Of a stretch of 38,029 nt of DNA, positions 33,301 to 38,029 are shown in pieces. Location: assembly GCA_001724265.1 (NCBI GenBank), contig MEDY01000299.1, forward strand, positions 1 to 38,029, given 5' to 3'. Source of the DNA: Rhizaria sp. SCN 62-66 (lineage: Eukaryota). The translations under genes were made by a program, and so were the position numbers. The notes under the pieces are model-generated. The model saw nothing but the letters and a program-made list of their open reading frames with translations. It made no database searches and had not been told where the DNA came from. How positions within the stretch are numbered: position 1 is the first letter of the stretch; each line of letters opens with the position of its first letter.

Positions 33301-34683
33301 CCGCCTGCTTCTGGCGGTGGTCCCGAGGCTGCGGCCGCGGCCACGCAGGCGACTGCGAACTGCGTGGCGCAAATGTGGAACCTGGTGCAGGACGACCGTC
33401 GCACGATCGTGCAGTTCTTCCGCGGCTCGATGCTGCGCATGGACGCGCTGGCCAGCACGGACGCGGCTACCGCGCTTGACAAGGCCGCTATCAAAGAGGA
33501 CGTCAGTTTGCTGTCGTACGTAGTTGCCGCCGGCAAGGCGGGTCCCGCGGCTGCGGCCGCGACGGTGCCGGACATCGCCCTGTTGCTCGAGACGCAGCAC
33601 GTGTCCGAGGTGCTGCCTGACCTCACGCTTAAGACGCTTGTCGACGCGGCGTACACCGCCAGCGCATGCTCGCCGCAGATGGCGGAGACGGCGTACACGG
33701 CGGGCATCACGGCCTTCTCGCGCGCGCGCGAGAACGGCGAGATCGACTTCAGCGTCGATGCCAAGACGGCGCAGAAGGGTCTTGTGTCGAGCCTCTTCTC
33801 TCTTATTTCCGGCTCCGATGCAGAGACTACGGCCGCGATCGCCGGTGGTGGCGCCAATCTCGGGCGCGGCTCCTCGAGTCTCGGCGTCCCGGGCGCTGGC
33901 GGGCTTGCGGGTCGTCTCGAGGGCGGGCGCGGTGGCGTGGTAGACGAGTTCGAGCTCTACGTCGTCGTTGAGACTGGCCGTAACCTTCCCGCGCGTAACG
34001 ACGACGGGGTTACTTCTGACCCTTACGCTCTCGTGCGTCTGCAAGGTTTGGACTTGCACGGCCTGCCGAAGAAGCTCATCACGAAGCGGAAGACCGAGGC
34101 CGTGGAGCGCAGCGTGGACCCCGACTGGTACGAAGTGCTAAAGTTCACCACGGCGGAGACGATGGCGACGCACACGGTCGACGTCAGCATCAACGACTGG
34201 AACTTTATCTACTCCGATACCTTTATGGGCGCGGCTTCGGTCACCATGCGCTCGATCGTCGAGCAGTGCCTACAGCAGCGCGCGTCTGATCCGTCCCTGG
34301 CCGGCAGCACTACCACGCTGAGCCGCTCGGCCTCCGCGTTGGCCGCGGCAGGCAACCCCGCACTGCGCGGACTGCTGTTCCAGGGCCAGGATGCCAATCT
34401 TGGAGGCGCCGGCGCCGTCCCGCTTGTGGGTAAGTCCCGCAAGCGCGACGCCGTGCTCAAGAAGATGGTCGAGTACTGCGTCTCCAAGAAGCGCTTTGTG
34501 TGGGGACTCTGCGTCGAGAAGCTCGCTCTCAGCGAAGTTGCGACTGGGCCCGCCTCGGGCGGCAAGGGTGCGGAGGCCAAGGAGAAGTTAAAGCAGCTCG
34601 CCGATTCCAAGGCACCCCGCGGCGGTGACATGGAGCAGTACAGCAACGCCACCGTGATGTTTGTGCTGGTTGCCAAGAAGTAA
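21309..34683 (+). CDS. Giant multidomain membrane-trafficking protein (PH, PH-like, 2x DysF, Vps62-like, Sec6/CATCHR-like, C2); exons 21309-27710 and 27832-34683; about 4417 aa
   Basis: Exon 1 is 6402 nt (2134 codons) and joins exon 2 (2283 aa) in phase 0. PH ~21408-21755 (LRGYLFKQ..TWRRRYFAV..MFYY..WVRAM). DysF ~23019-23335 and ~23559-23845 (EVWENQR..DRYSWSD..WRW..DGWYY..VRKRRWVRRR). Vps62-like ~25635-25970 (SVWRAAAPPGFAVLGD..PPLGYRALG..FRCVP). Sec6-like helical region ~31270-33730 (DGKMWYTDGPVDLFSLL..AILND). C2 from ~33952 (GRNLPARNDDGVTSDPY..DPDW..NDWN..DTFMG). Confidence 0.88.
27711..27831 (+). other. Spliceosomal GT-AG intron (121 nt, phase 0) joining the 2159-aa and 2283-aa ORFs
   Basis: CAA|GTACGT donor, identical to the aconitase donor. 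Abrupt drop to AT-rich sequence. CTAAC at 27785-27789, polypyrimidine tract, then TTAG|ATG acceptor. Confidence 0.93.
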
Positions 34684-34839
34684 GGAGACGACAAAGATGT
34701 TATCTTTTGGATTACTTGATTGATTACAGTTTTTCTTGTTTTGTTTCACAAATATCATTTGATAATACATTGCAGATTCTAAAAAAAGAATGTAATATGC
34801 TTATGATCAATTTTCATAACACATGCTTTCGCAGCCACA

Positions 34840-35403
34840 ATCAACAATCGCTTTCTGCGCCATAAGTGCCGTTATTTGGTGGACATTGTCCACGATTTGT
34901 CAAGCGATGCACAGCAGCGCAGCAACGAAGAACGTCTTGGGCACGATGAGCGCCCAGCGCAGAGCGGTATTGACGATACTCCGCAATTTTTGAGAATTCT
35001 GTGCATCCGTTCCCCATGGTTGCGCGCCGTAAGTTGCAACGGGTGAAACAACATGACGCACAAACCACACCTTCAGCCGAGCCGGAAGCGCGCGATTACA
35101 CAAGAACGAGCGCGCAGCAAAAGCTCGCTTCTGCGCGCGGTCACGCACGTGTTTGATCACGGTGTCAAGCTTCAGACTCTCCTCGAGCTCATAGCCCAGG
35201 TAAGTGTACGACTGAACACGGGGGATCTCTAATGCCTCAACAACACCAGCCGCGGACAGAAGATGACCCGCCTCGCCCTGCACAGGCGCGATGCGCTGCC
35301 GGAAATGCTCGACAGCAGCGCGCACCCTGCGCACTATGACGGCCTGCCGGGCTGCCTCGATACGCGCGCCACCGGACCGCCCCTTGTGCCCGCCGGGTAC
35401 ACC
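34840..35403 (-). mobile_element. Degenerate, truncated non-LTR retrotransposon (LINE) fragment, RT thumb/C-terminal region
   Basis: EIPRVQSYTYLGYEL..LPARLKVWFVRHVVSPVATYGAQPWG..LRSIVNTALRWAL matches the LINE post-RT pattern (V..Y.YLG..K..LY...I.P...YG...W). No catalytic YADD motif. The frame is bounded by stops at 35406-35404 and 34902-34900. The left boundary is approximate. Confidence 0.75.
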
Positions 35404-35685
35404 TCATTAGCTTAAGCAACTGGTTTAGCAAACAAGAACGTTTCTTGGAGGTTTGATCAGCTAAAAGCTACAGTATTTAAAATAAATAATAAACAATCTA
35501 AGCTTAAGTTTGTGTCTATTCTTAGGAATGTCTTGGAAATCCGGTCTTGGTGTTGGCTCTTGTTTTTTACCGTCTATGCGGCTTGAGTTTTTGTCATTGC
35601 AAACTTGAATTTAAAGGTTCGTGACATTAACGTTCGATAGAAGCATCCAGGTGATCACAGAGAAATCCTTGACGCAATGACTTTC

Positions 35686-36283
35686 TCATTTTTTTGCATT
35701 CCTTGCAACTCCTTTAGTCCCGTCCAAATGAACGAAGTGCAGAGGCAGCTTCATGCCATTTTCAATGTCATCATGTGTCACACCCTCCACACCTTCGTTG
35801 ATTTGCTACTTCGTCGAAGGCTTCTCCTGTTTAATATCTTGCTCAAAGTAGATATGTCTCGATGGCGACATGATTACAATATCGACGTCTATCTCGTCGC
35901 CCTTCAGTGTAATCCCCAACAAACGCTTGAACTCTTGAACCTTTTGTAAACGCGCCCAGGGAAAAAAGAATGCACACTGCCGATTGTGAATTGGATTAGA
36001 GCAAGGCGGGGCTTTTTGATTTTCTCACCAGGGCTAGGATTCTTGATGAACCCATGGGGATGATCAATCAAGTATGAGGCGAAGTCAGGATGACTTGGGG
36101 ACAGTGCATCAAGACGCCAGGTTAACCGCGCGAGAGCAACACGATCTGCGTCCTCACGTACATCACCGGAAGAGGATTGAAAGAAATCAATGACCCAAGA
36201 CGAAACACGACTGCTTCTGGAGCAACGCTTAACTGGTAAGAGGGAAGAGAAGAGTGTCGGACTTGAGAGTTGAGTCGAGAAAC
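35686..36283 (-). pseudogene. Frameshifted coding relic, possibly a Crinkler/RHS-type restriction-endonuclease-fold domain
   Basis: Manual translation gives an open frame ..WRLDALSPSHPDFASYLIDHPHGF..PRLALIQFTIGSVHSF. After a shift at the A6 run (35962-35967) it continues PWARLQKVQEFKRLLGITLKGDEIDVDIVIMSPSRHIYFEQ, with in-frame TAG at 35808-35806 and TGA at 35688-35686. Absent from the ORF track. Confidence 0.45.
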
Positions 36284-37897
36284 CTGCGGGAACAGCGGGG
36301 GAGATTGAGAAGAAATATCATCACAGCGGTGAGGCGTGAAATTATATTAAACCAATGAATTCACCCGGTCGTGAGGTCGGGCCAGAGTCTTCTCTACTCG
36401 CTCGTGCGTGCTACGGAGGTTCCGAAAAAAAAAGAAGAAGAAATGGGTCACAGTCACCACAAAACCATTTCTGACGTAAATAGATTGCTTTACCAATACG
36501 AAATGAATAATTTCTTAATGTTCTTTTGGTTATTTTTGTTTGTCATAGCGTGATGCTGTTGCCGTCGTTGAAGAAGTGCCTGGCAAGGCAGCAGCTGGAT
36601 CTGTACAGGATCGACAAAGTTGTATGGCTGCCTCAGATTACGAGAAGACCTCACCAATAAACTTGTTCCAACTTAGGTCAATATGATATGTTTATTAGCC
36701 CAATGCAGTTTGAAGATCGGCCTCGTGACGCTCTTGTGACTCTGTGCCAAGCTCAAAGAGAACTGCCACTCGTAGAGATGGCAGCGCGTGGCAGACGCGT
36801 TGGGCGCGCGGGTCGCGTGCACTGAGTGCATTCGAACACAAACAACACGAACGAGACACGCAACACCAGATCCCAAATCATGTGATTCTTCCTGGCATCA
36901 AGCTCTTGCAGTGTGATTCGTAGCACCGCTACTGTAACCAGCAAAACAACAATCTTTGTTCCGTGTTGTTGAGTGAAGCTGTCACTGCACGAGAAAAGGG
37001 TAAACATATGTTTTTTAAACGGCAAGTGGATGTCACACTCGGTATGCATCATTGTAGTAAATTGTTAGGCGATTTTGAGCTTTCCGTAGTCGTGGAGGTT
37101 GTTGTTTGTTGTGAACTTACATAGAAGGTTGAATCGCGTCATTGAAAATAAAACAGTCTCATAGGAAAGACATAATGTGGATGTCATAAAGCGCAGCGTG
37201 CATCCGGAAACGTACAGAGTGCCCCAAAGCGCGATTGTAGAGACGAAGGACAAGCGACGGTGGTGGTATCTTTGCCCATGTACACGCAGTCTTCCTTGTC
37301 AGAGTACGTGGCAAAGTTGACACGTTACATATAGTCGTATATGTTCAAGGATAAACGCAAATGCCGAGATTGCCCAAAGTCGTCGTACACAAAAAACCAC
37401 GAAGTTTAGTGGTCATATTGGCAATGTGACCGTGAGCAGTGTGGCCCTTAGTGTTACCCTTAGAGGCCGGCACGAGGCAGGTCCCCAAGGAGATCTGGCC
37501 GGTTTTGAATAACATGTATTCAAGCACACCAAGACTCAGAGCAGGTAGCGATGCTGCGTCAAAACGTATAGCACAGCTGTATGATAATTTCCCTAATATG
37601 TGATTTCCGGATCGTTGCATTTGGTGCGCGTTTCGTGGAGGAACCTGATCGGCCCCAAGATCTAGGGGGCGCGAGCCTGCCTCGCGCCTATCTCGATCTA
37701 CGTTTCACTGGATTGTTGCATGATTTCTGACTGTTGGCTATTTGCTGTCATTGTGCAAACCTCCGTTGTTGCGATATTGTCACGTTTGTTTTGGATCTCT
37801 TTCCGGGTTTGTGTCGTTTTCCCGCAACTACTTCGCATCTCACCTACCGACCTCACCTCTATTCTTTTTTCCAATTGCGATTTCGTGGACAACACAG

Positions 37898-38029
37898 ATG
37901 TCTGAGGTTCAGTCTCTCGTTGTCGACAACGGCTCCGGTATGTGCAAGGCCGGCTTCGCCGGTGACGATGCCCCCCGCTCCGTCTTCCCTTCCGTCGTCG
38001 GTCGCCCCCGTCACCAGGGCGTGATGGTC
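37898..38029 (+). CDS. ACT1: Actin, first 44 codons (runs off the window end)
   Basis: Translates to [44 protein letters not shown], the canonical actin N-terminus. Missing from the ORF track, probably because it is short and has no stop in the window. Confidence 0.98.
   Translation, partial: MSEVQSLVVDNGSGMCKAGFAGDDAPRSVFPSVVGRPRHQGVMV

Noticed and set aside
35806-35808. Possible TAG reassignment (no gene here ends in TAG; one in-frame TAG in the relic)
   Set aside because: Only six stops were observed. Roughly 9000 codons of intact genes contain no in-frame TAG, and the relic is also frameshifted.
37668-37688. 8-bp hairpin GGCGCGAG/CTCGCGCC upstream of actin
   Set aside because: Short GC stem with no other support.
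1-38029. CRISPR arrays, tRNA/rRNA genes, prokaryotic operons or defence systems, telomeric repeats
   Set aside because: None seen. The window is eukaryotic (spliceosomal introns, actin) and its repeats are coding microsatellites or two-copy duplications.

Overview
Gene-dense eukaryotic (protist-like) genomic DNA. Coding regions are GC-rich, spacers are AT-richer, the genetic code is standard, and introns are rare GT-AG introns with CTAAC branch points. The lineage cannot be fixed from sequence alone. In order: (1) cytosolic/IRP1-type aconitase (-, one intron, 900 aa); (2) an 830-aa protein joining a Dzip1/Iguana-like N-terminal domain to two copine-type C2 domains (+); (3) a 555-aa UBR-box zinc-finger protein (-); (4) an 830-aa putatively myristoylated protein with an EF-hand-like motif and an acidic tail (+); (5) a 1707-aa multi-pass membrane protein (-); (6) one giant spliced gene of about 4417 aa (+) that the ORF track splits in two, with PH, PH-like, 2x DysF, Vps62-like, a charged linker, Sec6/CATCHR-like and C2 domains; (7) a decayed LINE reverse-transcriptase fragment and a frameshifted pseudogene resembling Crinkler/RHS nucleases; (8) the 5' end of an actin gene missed by the ORF track. 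The most striking candidate novelty is the giant DysF/Vps62/Sec6/C2 fusion, a possible single-chain lipid-sensing vesicle tether. All domain calls are by-eye motif recognition, not database searches.
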